From IMG/VR virus record IMGVR_UViG_2690315617_000001: DNA of 64,000 nucleotides; one strand, given 5' to 3'. Position numbers and translations under genes: made by a program. The notes under the pieces are model-generated. The model saw nothing but the letters and a program-made list of their open reading frames with translations. It made no database searches and had not been told where the DNA came from. Below, one piece after another: positions 28,012 through 36,957 of the stretch (within the stretch, counting starts at the first letter, position 1; each line of letters begins with the position of its first letter). The DNA comes from an uncultured virus (IMG/VR IMGVR_UViG_2690315617_000001) (lineage: Duplodnaviria > Heunggongvirae > Uroviricota > Caudoviricetes).

Positions 28012-28088
28012 TGGAGCCTTCAGCAAGGGTTCGAACCCGCGACATCCTCCTTACAGGGGAGGCGCTCTACCAACTGAGCTATGAAGGC
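28012..28088 (-). tRNA. tRNA-Thr(UGU), non-canonical (C33 and one extra nucleotide in the T arm)
   Basis: GCCTTCA acceptor / TGAAGGC-T-CCA; D arm GCTC-AGTTGGTA-GAGC; anticodon arm CCTCC-CCTGTAA-GGAGG; GGTTCGAAC. Confidence 0.85.
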
Positions 28089-28094
28089 GGAAAC

Positions 28095-28127
28095 AAAAAA
28101 ACCGCCCAAGTTGCCCGGGGCGGCTTT
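28095..28127 (-). terminator. tR'-like terminator upstream of the late genes
   Basis: CCGCCC stem followed by T7 on the minus strand. Confidence 0.75.
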
Positions 28128-28284
28128 CAAGGTAGGGATGGGATCCTAGGATTCACCCACATACACGGTTTTCTGCAGATACACCTTCCCCGTCTAGGGT
28201 GGCGGCCGGCGCCGGAGCGGCGGCAGGTGTTCGGCAGAGAGTCGAGGGCAGCAGCCTCAGCAGGCAGCGCGATCTCGTGGGCGC

Positions 28285-28314
28285 ATTATCACATTTACGT
28301 CGTGAATAGTGCAA
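28285..28314 (-). promoter_or_regulatory. Candidate late promoter (pR'-like)
   Basis: TTGCAC-N18-GATAAT with TG extension, about 160 nt before the terminator, downstream of the Q-like gene. Confidence 0.55.
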
Positions 28315-28316
28315 CT

Positions 28317-28700
28317 TCATGCATCTGGCACCTCTTCCCCGAACTTTGAGGCCACGTAGGCACGCATGGCGGCGACGAGGGGAGTGCAGCCGGTCTGCCA
28401 GTGCTGGCCGCCCAGCACCCCACCGTCATATTGCGTCTCAGCGTTCAGCTCAACAGCAGAACACCAGTCGTCGCCCAACCATGTCGTGAATCCGATGCGC
28501 TCACGCTCCATGATCGGGCCACCGCGCGCCCAGTCCTGCGAAAAGCGATGGCTGATAGATGAGGCTGAGCCGCCTCGAATCGACTCACCCACCCACGCGA
28601 ACTGCCGGCTTGGCATCGTCCAGACGACCTCGGGTTCGAAACCTTCAGCCTTCGCCACCCAGTAGTCGAGCTGCGCGCCAGTGAGTTCGGAGGTTTTCAT
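28317..28700 (-). CDS. NinX/DUF2591-like protein
   Basis: ELTGAQLDYWVAKAEG...GGPIMERERI...AAMRAYV. Confidence 0.8.
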   Translation of the reverse strand: MKTSELTGAQLDYWVAKAEGFEPEVVWTMPSRQFAWVGESIRGGSASSISHRFSQDWARGGPIMERERIGFTTWLGDDWCSAVELNAETQYDGGVLGGQHWQTGCTPLVAAMRAYVASKFGEEVPDA

Positions 28701-28702
28701 GG

Positions 28703-28897
28703 TCAGCCGTTTTGAATGTCAGTGCCATCCGATGTCTTGCGCCAGCGCGCCAGCCAAGCGTCATATTCATCCCAAGCTCTGGCGAGTTCCTCGGGGAGGT
28801 CGCCTTGCTTCCTCAACTGAGAGGCCTCCGCCACGGTGAGGCCGTGCTGCGCGATTCGTTCCTGCATCTTGATGTCTTGCATCTGTATTCCGAACAT
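28703..28897 (-). CDS. Hypothetical protein
   Basis: AGGAG RBS, 64 aa. Confidence 0.55.
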   Translation of the reverse strand: MFGIQMQDIKMQERIAQHGLTVAEASQLRKQGDLPEELARAWDEYDAWLARWRKTSDGTDIQNG

Positions 28898-28957
28898 CGT
28901 CTATCTCCTGATCTTTTGGCACATTGGCTCGACCTGCTGCGGCGTCATATCTCCATC

Positions 28958-29914
28958 CTAGCCACCCTGTACGGGCACACGTGGCGCCCGAAGGCGAATG
29001 CGCGGCGAGGCGCCAACCGGCGTCGGCTCCAACCCCATGCGCACATCCTCGGCAGCCTGTCGCCCGTACACCCTCTGGCCCAGCGACGCCCGGTATCGCT
29101 CGATGCACTGGTCCATCCAGTTCGCCACGCGCCGACCTTCGTGCTGGTGGGGGATCTCACTCTTGCCGGTACCGTCGCATCCGCCGCAGGCCTTCCCGTT
29201 GTGGCGGTTGGTTCCCTCGGCGACCTGCAGTTTCGTGCCTCCGCATACCGGGCAGATCTGGTGCAGCCACCATCGGACGATGGCCGAGGCCTTCTCGCTG
29301 CACCGGTCGAAGTCTTCCTGTGCTTCGGCGCGCCGGCGGCCATCGACTTCGGCAGCTGCGGCTACGAGATCGGCATTGGCCGCCTCCAGCTCTGCGGATC
29401 CTTCAGGTGCAGCTGAGACAGCCTCTCGCAGCCGCTTCAGCATCTCAGCATCGTGCTCCCGCATTTCGGTGCGCTCCGACCGGGTGACTGGGTCGTGAGA
29501 CTGGCCCATCCCCCACTTCAACATCTGCAGGGATGCCTGTTGGCGAACGTCGGGCAGCGCTTTCAACCGCTCCAGGAACAGGCTGAGCTGCTGTACGTTG
29601 AACTCGTGCTTCTTCTCATGCGCGCGGCGCTTCAGGTTCTTGCGCTCCTCTTTCGTCAGCTTCCGTCCGTTGGACTCTGCCGTATGCAGCATGGGCTCGT
29701 AGAAGTACTCGACATCGGCCATGCGCGGCTTCTCGGTGGAGTCGTATTCGGTGTGCAGGCGCAGCATCGCGCCGCCGATGCGCGCCTGAGTCCAACCAGC
29801 CACGATGATGACGTCGGCGTCACCGGGGCGATCGGCTTCGACGCGGAGGTCGCTGCTGTTCATGGCGGAGGTGTAAATCTCCTCGATTCCGCGTTTTTCG
29901 TCGTTGGTCAACAT
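28958..29914 (-). CDS. Q-like late antiterminator with zinc finger
   Basis: CPVCGG...CGGCDGTG; position at the end of the nin region before the late promoter. Confidence 0.65.
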   Translation of the reverse strand: MLTNDEKRGIEEIYTSAMNSSDLRVEADRPGDADVIIVAGWTQARIGGAMLRLHTEYDSTEKPRMADVEYFYEPMLHTAESNGRKLTKEERKNLKRRAHEKKHEFNVQQLSLFLERLKALPDVRQQASLQMLKWGMGQSHDPVTRSERTEMREHDAEMLKRLREAVSAAPEGSAELEAANADLVAAAAEVDGRRRAEAQEDFDRCSEKASAIVRWWLHQICPVCGGTKLQVAEGTNRHNGKACGGCDGTGKSEIPHQHEGRRVANWMDQCIERYRASLGQRVYGRQAAEDVRMGLEPTPVGASPRIRLRAPRVPVQGG

Positions 29915-29998
29915 GGTGTGCTCCAGTAAAATCAAGGCTCTCAGGTTCGACTCTCTGGAAGGCCCTGGCGCTGTGGCGGCGCCGGGGCTTTTCTCTTT

Positions 29999-30541
29999 TC
30001 ATGGGCTCTTTCCCAAGCTCGTTGTCAGACCCGATAGAAAGCCGCCAATGGGCTGGAAGCACACCAGGGCGCCCGTACGCGCCTTGCTCACAGTGCTCTC
30101 GGAGATGGCGAGCCGACGTGCGATCTCTGCGCCCTTCTCGTTCGACAGCAGCACCTCGGTGTATGTCTCCGGCGTCAGTTCTGAGCGCGCGCGGCCGGTG
30201 CGGCGGTTGCGGATCTGGACGCGGATGTTTCCCTTGAGGTCGCCGAGGGCGGCGCTGTCTCTGCCCCATTCGGCGTGTGAGCCGATCTTCAGGTGCGCGG
30301 GATTCAGGCAGCAGGGTGTGCGGCACGTGCTGTAGACGCGCCAGCGCTTCGGGATGGCGTGATGGTTGAGCATGTGCCAGACCGCACGCTGGCCTGTCTG
30401 TGTGGTCAGCGCGCCATCGCGGTTCGTCCAGTCAGGTGCGTAGATCTTGGGCTGGCCGCGGTCGACGGCACCAGCCCAGAGCCAGCACTTTGTGAGTTCG
30501 TCGATGCGGCAGCGGCCGCGCACCTCTTCAAGAGTCCGCAT
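29999..30541 (-). CDS. HNH-type endonuclease-like protein
   Basis: CWLWAGA...CRTPCCLNPAHL with C-terminal HTH. Confidence 0.7.
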   Translation of the reverse strand: MRTLEEVRGRCRIDELTKCWLWAGAVDRGQPKIYAPDWTNRDGALTTQTGQRAVWHMLNHHAIPKRWRVYSTCRTPCCLNPAHLKIGSHAEWGRDSAALGDLKGNIRVQIRNRRTGRARSELTPETYTEVLLSNEKGAEIARRLAISESTVSKARTGALVCFQPIGGFLSGLTTSLGKSP

Positions 30542-30722
30542 CGAGCGCGCTCCTGTAGAAGTCCACGACGATGACCGGCTCGACGTGCTCGTGGCCATTG
30601 CGCTCAACTACCAGCGCAGCTGCCACGCCTTCGCGCGGGAACAACGCTGGTATCGTGCCGGTCTCGCACCAGCCCGGCTTGATACGGAAGTCGATCACCG
30701 GGTCAAGTGGATCGGTCGTCAT
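30528..30722 (-). CDS. Hypothetical protein
   Basis: Overlaps both neighbours. Confidence 0.45.
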   Translation of the reverse strand: MTTDPLDPVIDFRIKPGWCETGTIPALFPREGVAAALVVERNGHEHVEPVIVVDFYRSALDADS

Positions 30723-30994
30723 ACCGTGTCGAACTCCGGGATACGGACCATCAGCAGGGTCTCGTCGACGGCGCCGTCACCGGGGTCGCAGATCGGGCGC
30801 AAGACCTCATCGCTGAATGAACTGATCGAATATCCACAACCGCATCGACAGACCAGCAGCGGCCCTTCGTAACGCCATGAGCCAGGCATCTCCGCCATCG
30901 GCTCGGTCACGCGAATGAAGTAGTCGACGTAGCCGACCCTCCGTGTGCCGGGCGCATCGATAATTCGCGCCACATCTCCAGGCTTGCAGTTCAT
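30719..30994 (-). CDS. Conserved phage hypothetical protein
   Basis: MNCKPGDVARII...LRPICDPGDGAVDETL. Confidence 0.7.
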   Translation of the reverse strand: MNCKPGDVARIIDAPGTRRVGYVDYFIRVTEPMAEMPGSWRYEGPLLVCRCGCGYSISSFSDEVLRPICDPGDGAVDETLLMVRIPEFDTV

Positions 30995-31530
30995 GGTGAA
31001 TCCCCCTGCCCTACGGGCGTTGCGTTGAGCCGAGCCAGCGCCCACTGCGCGGCGGCTTTGTCTTTCGGCGTGGCATCGATGAACCCGGCCACGATCCCGC
31101 GCCAGATGTCGACCATCCATAGGTGGGCCTGCATGAAGGCGCACGCCTTGATCTCGGCCGGCGCGCCGCCTTGGTCGAGCCACTGATGACAGGCGAAACA
31201 GGCATAGACGTGGTACTGGTCGTCTGCCTTGCGCGCACCGGCCTTGCCATGGATCGACAGGTTCGAGTGCGCAGCTACCACCGTCGTGCGGTCGCCATTG
31301 CAGATGCCGGGCACTTCCAGCATGCAGGGCTGGCCACGAGCCATGCTCAGCAGGTGCGCGTTGCGGTGCTGTTCGGCTTTCGGCATGGCGACTCCCTGCG
31401 CCGGCGCGGCGTAGATGCCGCGGCGCGTGGCTACGGCCAGCGCGCGCACGCCCTCGGCCGTGGTGGACTGGCGCGCGGGTAGCAGGCGCCGCTTGAAGCC
31501 GGTGCCGCGGGACATGGGCGAGCGCTTCAT
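30991..31530 (-). CDS. DUF1364/YbcO-like nuclease
   Basis: ARGQPCML..PGIC...TVVAAHSN...ACFACHQWLD. Confidence 0.8.
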   Translation of the reverse strand: MKRSPMSRGTGFKRRLLPARQSTTAEGVRALAVATRRGIYAAPAQGVAMPKAEQHRNAHLLSMARGQPCMLEVPGICNGDRTTVVAAHSNLSIHGKAGARKADDQYHVYACFACHQWLDQGGAPAEIKACAFMQAHLWMVDIWRGIVAGFIDATPKDKAAAQWALARLNATPVGQGDSP

Positions 31531-32111
31531 GCCGCAATCTCCCCGGTGCGCGAGTTGATGACGCCATTCGCGCACGCGCGCCACAGCACCACATCGACGG
31601 TGGCCGCTCGCAATCCAACCTCCACAGCAAGCCGCTCGCACAGCGCCTGCGCGGTGCAGCCCTCGCGGGTGGCCAGTCGCTGCAGGTGAACATCGGGCTT
31701 CGCGACGTTCATGCCGAAGTTCTTCGCGAGGTGGTATTTGGTGATGTGGCCTACCCACGGCAGCGCCACTAGCAGTTCAATCCGGAGGGCCTCGGTGGTA
31801 CAGGCGCGGTACATCGAGAGCAGCACATCGCGGTCGGCCCAGATCGCCTCGATGGCGGCGGCCTTTCCCTTGTGCTTGAAGACGTCGATGACGGGTGTGC
31901 CAGCGGCCAGCGCGCCCATGCTGCGGTCGAAGATCATCTTCGCGACGGTGTTCTTCATGCCGCTGTTGCAGATCACGAAGATGGCTTCTTGCGCGAAGTC
32001 GTCTGCAGTTGCCGGCGGCGCAATCGACTCCGACCACGCGACATCGTCAGCGCCCTGCTCACCCAGCGCCGCCAGCACGGCGCGGAATTGCTCTGCTGTG
32101 ATTTGTGTCAT
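31527..32111 (-). CDS. HhH-GPD DNA-glycosylase-like protein
   Basis: LPWVGHITKYHLAKNFGMNVAKPDVHLQRL (HhH plus Asp). Confidence 0.65.
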   Translation of the reverse strand: MTQITAEQFRAVLAALGEQGADDVAWSESIAPPATADDFAQEAIFVICNSGMKNTVAKMIFDRSMGALAAGTPVIDVFKHKGKAAAIEAIWADRDVLLSMYRACTTEALRIELLVALPWVGHITKYHLAKNFGMNVAKPDVHLQRLATREGCTAQALCERLAVEVGLRAATVDVVLWRACANGVINSRTGEIAA

Positions 32112-32599
32112 CGCTGCATCGCCTCGTACTGGGCACGCTGCGCGCGAGAGGGCGTCCACTGCACGCCGTTCTCAGCGCCGTACGCCAACAACCATTCGAT
32201 GAAGCCGGCTGCCAGCGTGGTGTTGAAGCTGCGCGTCTGCTCGCCCACCATCACAAAGCCCGGATGGTTCAGCGCCGGCACCAGCTCGATGTCACCGAAC
32301 CTGGCCCAGTGGTCCCGGAACTGCGGATCGTCCTTCGTCTCATGCTTGAAGGCATCGACCAGCACGCGCTTCCACGAGATCGGCGGCAGCTGCTTGCCGA
32401 ACAGTCGGCACTGCTTCGCGATGTCGTTGAGCATCGCGTGGTACTTCTCTTCCTGCAACCGGCTCTTCGTGTCCTTCCGGCGTTTCAGGGTGAGCTCGAT
32501 GGAGTGGCCGGCCTGCAGGTCTTCGGACACATCGGACGCATACCAAGCGCGCACGACCGCCTTGTATTGCTCCGAGCTGGTGATGGTCACGGTTTTCAT
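32108..32599 (-). CDS. ninB: NinB/Orf recombination mediator
   Basis: KSRLQEEKYHAMLNDIAKQ...FIEWLLAYGAENGV. Confidence 0.85.
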   Translation of the reverse strand: MKTVTITSSEQYKAVVRAWYASDVSEDLQAGHSIELTLKRRKDTKSRLQEEKYHAMLNDIAKQCRLFGKQLPPISWKRVLVDAFKHETKDDPQFRDHWARFGDIELVPALNHPGFVMVGEQTRSFNTTLAAGFIEWLLAYGAENGVQWTPSRAQRAQYEAMQR

Positions 32600-32781
32600 G
32601 GTGTGGCCTCGGTGAAAAGGTCGCGCTGGCGCGCATCGGCACCAGGGCGGCGGAAGTTGAAGTGCTGGGAGCGCCGCGGCTTGGCGCCGGCGACAGCGGT
32701 AGCGCAGCGCGGGCCCAGAGCCAGGCCGCCGATGAGAACCGGGGGCCGCAGCAGGGTGCGATGGCAACGGGCGCAAATCAC
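32596..32781 (-). CDS. Small zinc-finger protein
   Basis: CARCHR...LGPRC. Confidence 0.6.
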   Translation of the reverse strand: MICARCHRTLLRPPVLIGGLALGPRCATAVAGAKPRRSQHFNFRRPGADARQRDLFTEATP

Positions 32782-33626
32782 GATGCCATTTCCTCTGCGC
32801 GCTCGGCCGGCGCATCGACAACAACCTGCAGCCCCTGCAGCATCGTGATCGCTGTCTCGATGCCGGCACCGCGCAGCCGATTGCGGAAGCTGGTGATCGC
32901 GGTGGCCAGCAGGCGCGGCGTCATCTGGTCTTCCTTGAGGCCAAACAATTGAGCCAGATCGCGCAGGCTGGCATCAAGGCGTTCGCTCTCACGTGCGCGA
33001 ACCGCCTCTGCATCCTTCCGGCGCTGCTCGAGCGAGTCTTCGATGGCCTTCCGGTCAGCATCTGCTCGCTCAATGCGCCAGCGCAAGGCGGCCTCTGCAT
33101 TGGTCGCCTTCGAATACAAGTCGGCGATCTCGTCTCCCATGCGCTTGCGCAGGATCTCCGCGGCCGTGTACTCGCTCGCGGTGCGCGGATACCGCACGTT
33201 GCCGTGAACGTCGACAGGGTGAAGGTCCATCAGAAGCTTCAGCCATGCGTCGCGCGGCAGCGTATCCAGTACCTGAGCCACTGGCTTACGCGCGGCGCGC
33301 CAACCGGCCTCGCTACGCAAAATCACGCCGCATTCTTTCGGCACCAGCTCCAGCGGCGCCATGCCGCGCGGGAAGGCGAACCAGACGCTGTGCCCAAACT
33401 TGCGGTAGCTCTGCCACTTGCCACTCGTCAGGTCGTGGCGCAGGTCAGACACGCTGACCTTGATCTCGTAGCAGTCGGCGCGGAAGCGCGCGAATGACTT
33501 GGCGATGGTGAACAGGTCCGGCCGCGGGCTGCCGCTCGGGCCCAACTGCGTGTTCGTCCAGACCATGCGGTCTGTGCCAGCGCGCAGATGGCGCGCGAGA
33601 TCTTCTTGGAGCTCGTCGTGCTTCAT
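32778..33626 (-). CDS. MmcB-like PD-(D/E)xK nuclease-fold protein
   Basis: RPDLF...YEIKVSVSDLRHD. Confidence 0.7.
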   Translation of the reverse strand: MKHDELQEDLARHLRAGTDRMVWTNTQLGPSGSPRPDLFTIAKSFARFRADCYEIKVSVSDLRHDLTSGKWQSYRKFGHSVWFAFPRGMAPLELVPKECGVILRSEAGWRAARKPVAQVLDTLPRDAWLKLLMDLHPVDVHGNVRYPRTASEYTAAEILRKRMGDEIADLYSKATNAEAALRWRIERADADRKAIEDSLEQRRKDAEAVRARESERLDASLRDLAQLFGLKEDQMTPRLLATAITSFRNRLRGAGIETAITMLQGLQVVVDAPAERAEEMAS

Positions 33627-33928
33627 GCCGCAACCTCCGCCTGCAGATAGATCACCCGCATCTTCAATTTCTGGGCGATGTAGTGCTCTGTCGAAGCACC
33701 CTCGCTCCATTCCCAACCCGGCAGCATCAGGATGGCATCGCAATCCACCAGCTCTTTGATGTCCGCGCGCATACAAGCCACCCAGCCGGCCGTCGGGTCC
33801 GGATTGATCTCAGTGGGGTTCGCCACCTCGAAGCCCTCGGCGCGGAGCCGGGCCGCCTCGCGGTGGAATAGCGGGAAGTTCAATTCGGGCTTGCCAGTCA
33901 TCGGGCCGGCGATGTAGATGCGTTTCAA
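33623..33928 (-). CDS. DUF4406 (nucleoside deoxyribosyltransferase-like) protein
   Basis: RIYIAGPMTG...CDAILMLPGWEWSEGASTE; TTG start. Confidence 0.85.
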   Translation of the reverse strand: MKRIYIAGPMTGKPELNFPLFHREAARLRAEGFEVANPTEINPDPTAGWVACMRADIKELVDCDAILMLPGWEWSEGASTEHYIAQKLKMRVIYLQAEVAA

Positions 33929-34446
33929 AATGGCAGGCCCTCGGGAATGGGTGTGAAGGGAGCCGGCGCCGGCGGCGCGGCGACAAGCGCGGGGAGCAGA
34001 TCGGCCTGCGGCTGCACGACGATGAGTGGCTCGATGCGCAGCACCACGCGCGCACCATGCTCGTCGGGTTCCATACGGTCGGCCACGTAGCTGCGCACCT
34101 GCTTGTCGTCGTTGAAGGCGATGGTGTTGAGCGCGTCGAGCAGCACCTTCTCGCAGTTGGTCAGGTCCATGCACTGCACCGTGTCGTCCCAGTTCGCGCC
34201 GAACTTGCGCATGCGCGCCTGCCAGTCCTGTGGGCGATGCGGGTACAGCTGCACGGTCACACGCAGGCGGCCGGCCAACGGCTGACGGATGCCTGCGCTC
34301 TTGCAGATCCAGCCCACCCGCTCGATGTAAGCCTTGGCTTCGGAGGTCACGTAGACCATGGGCATCTGTCGGCCCTTGACGGTGACCACGCGCGAGGCCC
34401 AGTAGCGGTTCGCGCTGATCGGATACGGGAGGGTCAGCGAGATCAC
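33925..34446 (-). CDS. rusA: RusA Holliday junction resolvase
   Basis: LPYPISANRYW...DLTNCEKVLLDAL...DDKQV. Confidence 0.88.
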   Translation of the reverse strand: MISLTLPYPISANRYWASRVVTVKGRQMPMVYVTSEAKAYIERVGWICKSAGIRQPLAGRLRVTVQLYPHRPQDWQARMRKFGANWDDTVQCMDLTNCEKVLLDALNTIAFNDDKQVRSYVADRMEPDEHGARVVLRIEPLIVVQPQADLLPALVAAPPAPAPFTPIPEGLPF

Positions 34447-35828
34447 AGCTCGGCTCCCTTCGTGCGCACCATCGACGTCGGACGGTCGCCCATCCAGTCA
34501 CAGAACTTCACGGTGTCGCCGGTGTACTGGGCATCGACGATGCCGGTCTGTCCGTCGCGCTGCTTGCCGATGATGATTTCGGCGTAGTTCTTCCACTCCG
34601 GGCCCAGGTCGGGCTTCACGTGCGCAGGGCGGTGCACGAACAGGATGATGTCGGCATCCTGTTCGATGTCGCCGCACTCTCGCAGGTCGGCCATGATCGG
34701 CCGCATGTTGAGGCGCTTCTCGACCTCGCGGTTGAGCTGGGCCAGCAGCAGGACGGTGCAGTCCAGTTCCTTGGCCAGCGCCTTGATGCCGCGACTGACC
34801 TCGCCCAGCTGCGTGGCGCGGTTGGCCTTGCGGTCCGTGCCTTCCATGAGGCCGATGTAGTCCACCACCAGCAAGCGCAGTCCGCGCCGGCGCTTGAGCG
34901 CCCTCGCCTTCGAGCGCAGCTGGTTGATGTTCAGCGCGGTCTGGTCGTCGATGAACAGCGGCAGCTGGCGCAGAAGCTCGACGGAGCGGCACATCTCGCC
35001 CCAGTCGTAATCGTTCATGCGCTCCGGCCGCTTCAGCTTGTGCAGCGGGATGTTCGAGCGCATCGACACCACGCGTGTCGTCAGCTGCTGCTTGGGCATT
35101 TCCATGGAGAGCACGCCCACCGGCTCGCTCATGCCACAGATGTGATCCGCGATCGACATGGCCAGCGCGGTCTTGCCCATCCCGGGGCGGCCGGCGACCA
35201 CGATCACCTCGCCGCGGCGCATGCCGCCATCGAGCCGGTCGTCCAGAGCTTTGATGCCGGTCGAGAGGAAGTCTTCCTCACCTTCCGAGCGGCGCTGGAT
35301 GCCGTCCAGGAACTGCACCATGCCGACGTCCATGTCCAGCCAGGCATCGCTCTTGCCGGAATCGAAAAGCGGTGTCAGCAGCGCCGATGCCTGGTCCAGT
35401 GTCTCGTCGAAGCCGATCCCACGCTGGCACGCCAGCTCGAGGATCTGGCTGCTCGCGGACATCAGCTTCCGCCGCAGTGCAAAGTCCCGCACGATCAGCG
35501 CGTACTGGCGCACGCTGGCTGCACTGGGCAGGTACTGGGTCAGCGCGTGGAGGTCGGTCAAGCCGATTGCATCCGCTTTGCGGCTGCGCATTAGCTGGTC
35601 GTGCACGGTGAGCACGTCGGCTGGCTTGCAGGCGTTCAGCATGCCGCTGAGCGCGGCGAAGATCAGCCGGTGCTCGTTCTTGAAGAAGTCGGCCTCAACG
35701 ACCATGTCGGCCACTCGGTCCCACAGGCTGTTGTCGAGCAGCAATGCGCCCAGCAGCGAAGTCTCGGATTCAGGGCTCCAGAGGACATGTGGTTGAAGAA
35801 GCAGCGATTCGTCGGTGCGGTCGTTCAT
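34443..35828 (-). CDS. dnaB: Replicative DNA helicase DnaB
   Basis: GRPGMGKT, SMEM, VVDYIGL, AQLNR, DLRECGDIEQDAD. Confidence 0.95.
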   Translation of the reverse strand: MNDRTDESLLLQPHVLWSPESETSLLGALLLDNSLWDRVADMVVEADFFKNEHRLIFAALSGMLNACKPADVLTVHDQLMRSRKADAIGLTDLHALTQYLPSAASVRQYALIVRDFALRRKLMSASSQILELACQRGIGFDETLDQASALLTPLFDSGKSDAWLDMDVGMVQFLDGIQRRSEGEEDFLSTGIKALDDRLDGGMRRGEVIVVAGRPGMGKTALAMSIADHICGMSEPVGVLSMEMPKQQLTTRVVSMRSNIPLHKLKRPERMNDYDWGEMCRSVELLRQLPLFIDDQTALNINQLRSKARALKRRRGLRLLVVDYIGLMEGTDRKANRATQLGEVSRGIKALAKELDCTVLLLAQLNREVEKRLNMRPIMADLRECGDIEQDADIILFVHRPAHVKPDLGPEWKNYAEIIIGKQRDGQTGIVDAQYTGDTVKFCDWMGDRPTSMVRTKGAEL

Positions 35829-36709
35829 GCGGCGGCCTCAAGTTGGGTTTTTTCGAGCACCTGCTTCAGCCCGCTGGACTTCATGAGGTACTCGATGTCG
35901 GGTTTCCAGTTCGCGTGCTCGCCACTTCGGGGCGTACGGCCCATCAGGAAGTCGTTTTCCCGGGCCCGGAGAAAGTAGCTGCGGAACCATTCCAGCGCCT
36001 CTTCGGCGGTCGTGGCGCGCCGCGTGCCGTCGGGCTTCGAGCTGCTCAGCACCCACTGCCACCGCTCGCGGATGGCTTTCTCGCGGGCCTTGTCCATGAC
36101 CCGGACTCCAGGCAGTTCAGGTAGGACCTCGTGGTAGATCGCCACGACCTGATCGGGGTGGCAGGTCGGCAGCCGCGCTGTCGACGAAGGAGCGTTAGCT
36201 CCTGATGTATTCGAAGATGAAGAAGAAGATGAAGAAGAAGATGAAGGGGGGGGTTCTTCGAAGCCCGGAAGGGGGGTTTCATAACCCCCCTTCACCTGCT
36301 TCGGCCTCCCCCCCTTGGAACCGGCCTCGGCACCCTTGATCCCATGCTCCGCACCTTCCTTGCCTCCCGCCGCGCGGCGGTTGCGCAGGTCTTCATCGCG
36401 CACCATCCGGCGGCTGAAGATCGCTCCGTTCTCGGCTCGCGAGAGCACTCCGTTGTCTTCCAGCTCGGCGATCAGCTTGCGGCAAAGGGTCGCTCCGATC
36501 TTGCAAAAGTTGCCCAGTTGCGTCGGTTCCATCGGCTTGCCGTTGGGCATCGTGAGGTGGCCGTACGGCTCGCCCTGGTGCATCAAACAGTTCATCTCGT
36601 GCCACAGTCCGCGGGCCTGCAGCGAGCAACTCTGCAGGGCCACGTCCTTGAACCAGTCGCCCCAGTAGTACTGGGACGCCGGTCGCTTGGTCTTGTCGGC
36701 TTCAGTCAC
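35825..36709 (-). CDS. Replication initiator protein (O-like)
   Basis: RPASQYYWGDW...ARGLW N-terminus, low-complexity linker, ...NDFLMGR...WKPDIEYL C-terminus; upstream of dnaB. Confidence 0.8.
   Translation of the reverse strand: MTEADKTKRPASQYYWGDWFKDVALQSCSLQARGLWHEMNCLMHQGEPYGHLTMPNGKPMEPTQLGNFCKIGATLCRKLIAELEDNGVLSRAENGAIFSRRMVRDEDLRNRRAAGGKEGAEHGIKGAEAGSKGGRPKQVKGGYETPLPGFEEPPPSSSSSSSSSSSNTSGANAPSSTARLPTCHPDQVVAIYHEVLPELPGVRVMDKAREKAIRERWQWVLSSSKPDGTRRATTAEEALEWFRSYFLRARENDFLMGRTPRSGEHANWKPDIEYLMKSSGLKQVLEKTQLEAAA
36213..36316. repeat. Candidate replication origin iterons inside the initiator gene
   Basis: AAGGGGGG at 36244 and 36269, inverted copies at about 36285 and 36309, adjacent (GAAGAT/GAAGAA)n tract. 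Confidence 0.55.
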
Positions 36710-36957
36710 GCGCGCACCGCCCTCCGCGTATCCGCTTGGATGGCCGAGATCTGACCCGCAGCCGCGAAGTAGCTGCCGCCCTGCTCTTCCTCGACCTGCA
36801 GCGCCGCCTCGCGCGCAGCGATCAGCGCTTCCATCTCGCGGCGGTGCCGGTGGGCACCTTCGCGGTCGCCCAGCGCCATGCAGATTTCGATGCCGAGGCC
36901 CTCGGCAAGGATCAGGTGCTCGCGCCGGTGGGCGATCTTGGTCTGGATGGGTGTCAT
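36706..36957 (-). CDS. Hypothetical protein
   Basis: 4-nt overlaps at both ends. Confidence 0.6.
   Translation of the reverse strand: MTPIQTKIAHRREHLILAEGLGIEICMALGDREGAHRHRREMEALIAAREAALQVEEEQGGSYFAAAGQISAIQADTRRAVRA

Noticed and set aside
28045..28065. Reading the tRNA as Tyr(GTA)
   Set aside because: The CCTCC/GGAGG stem centres TGT in a 7-nt loop; the short variable loop and GCC acceptor fit Thr.
28012..28088. tRNA as the prophage attachment site
   Set aside because: It is internal to the late operon and no duplicated 3' end is visible in the window.
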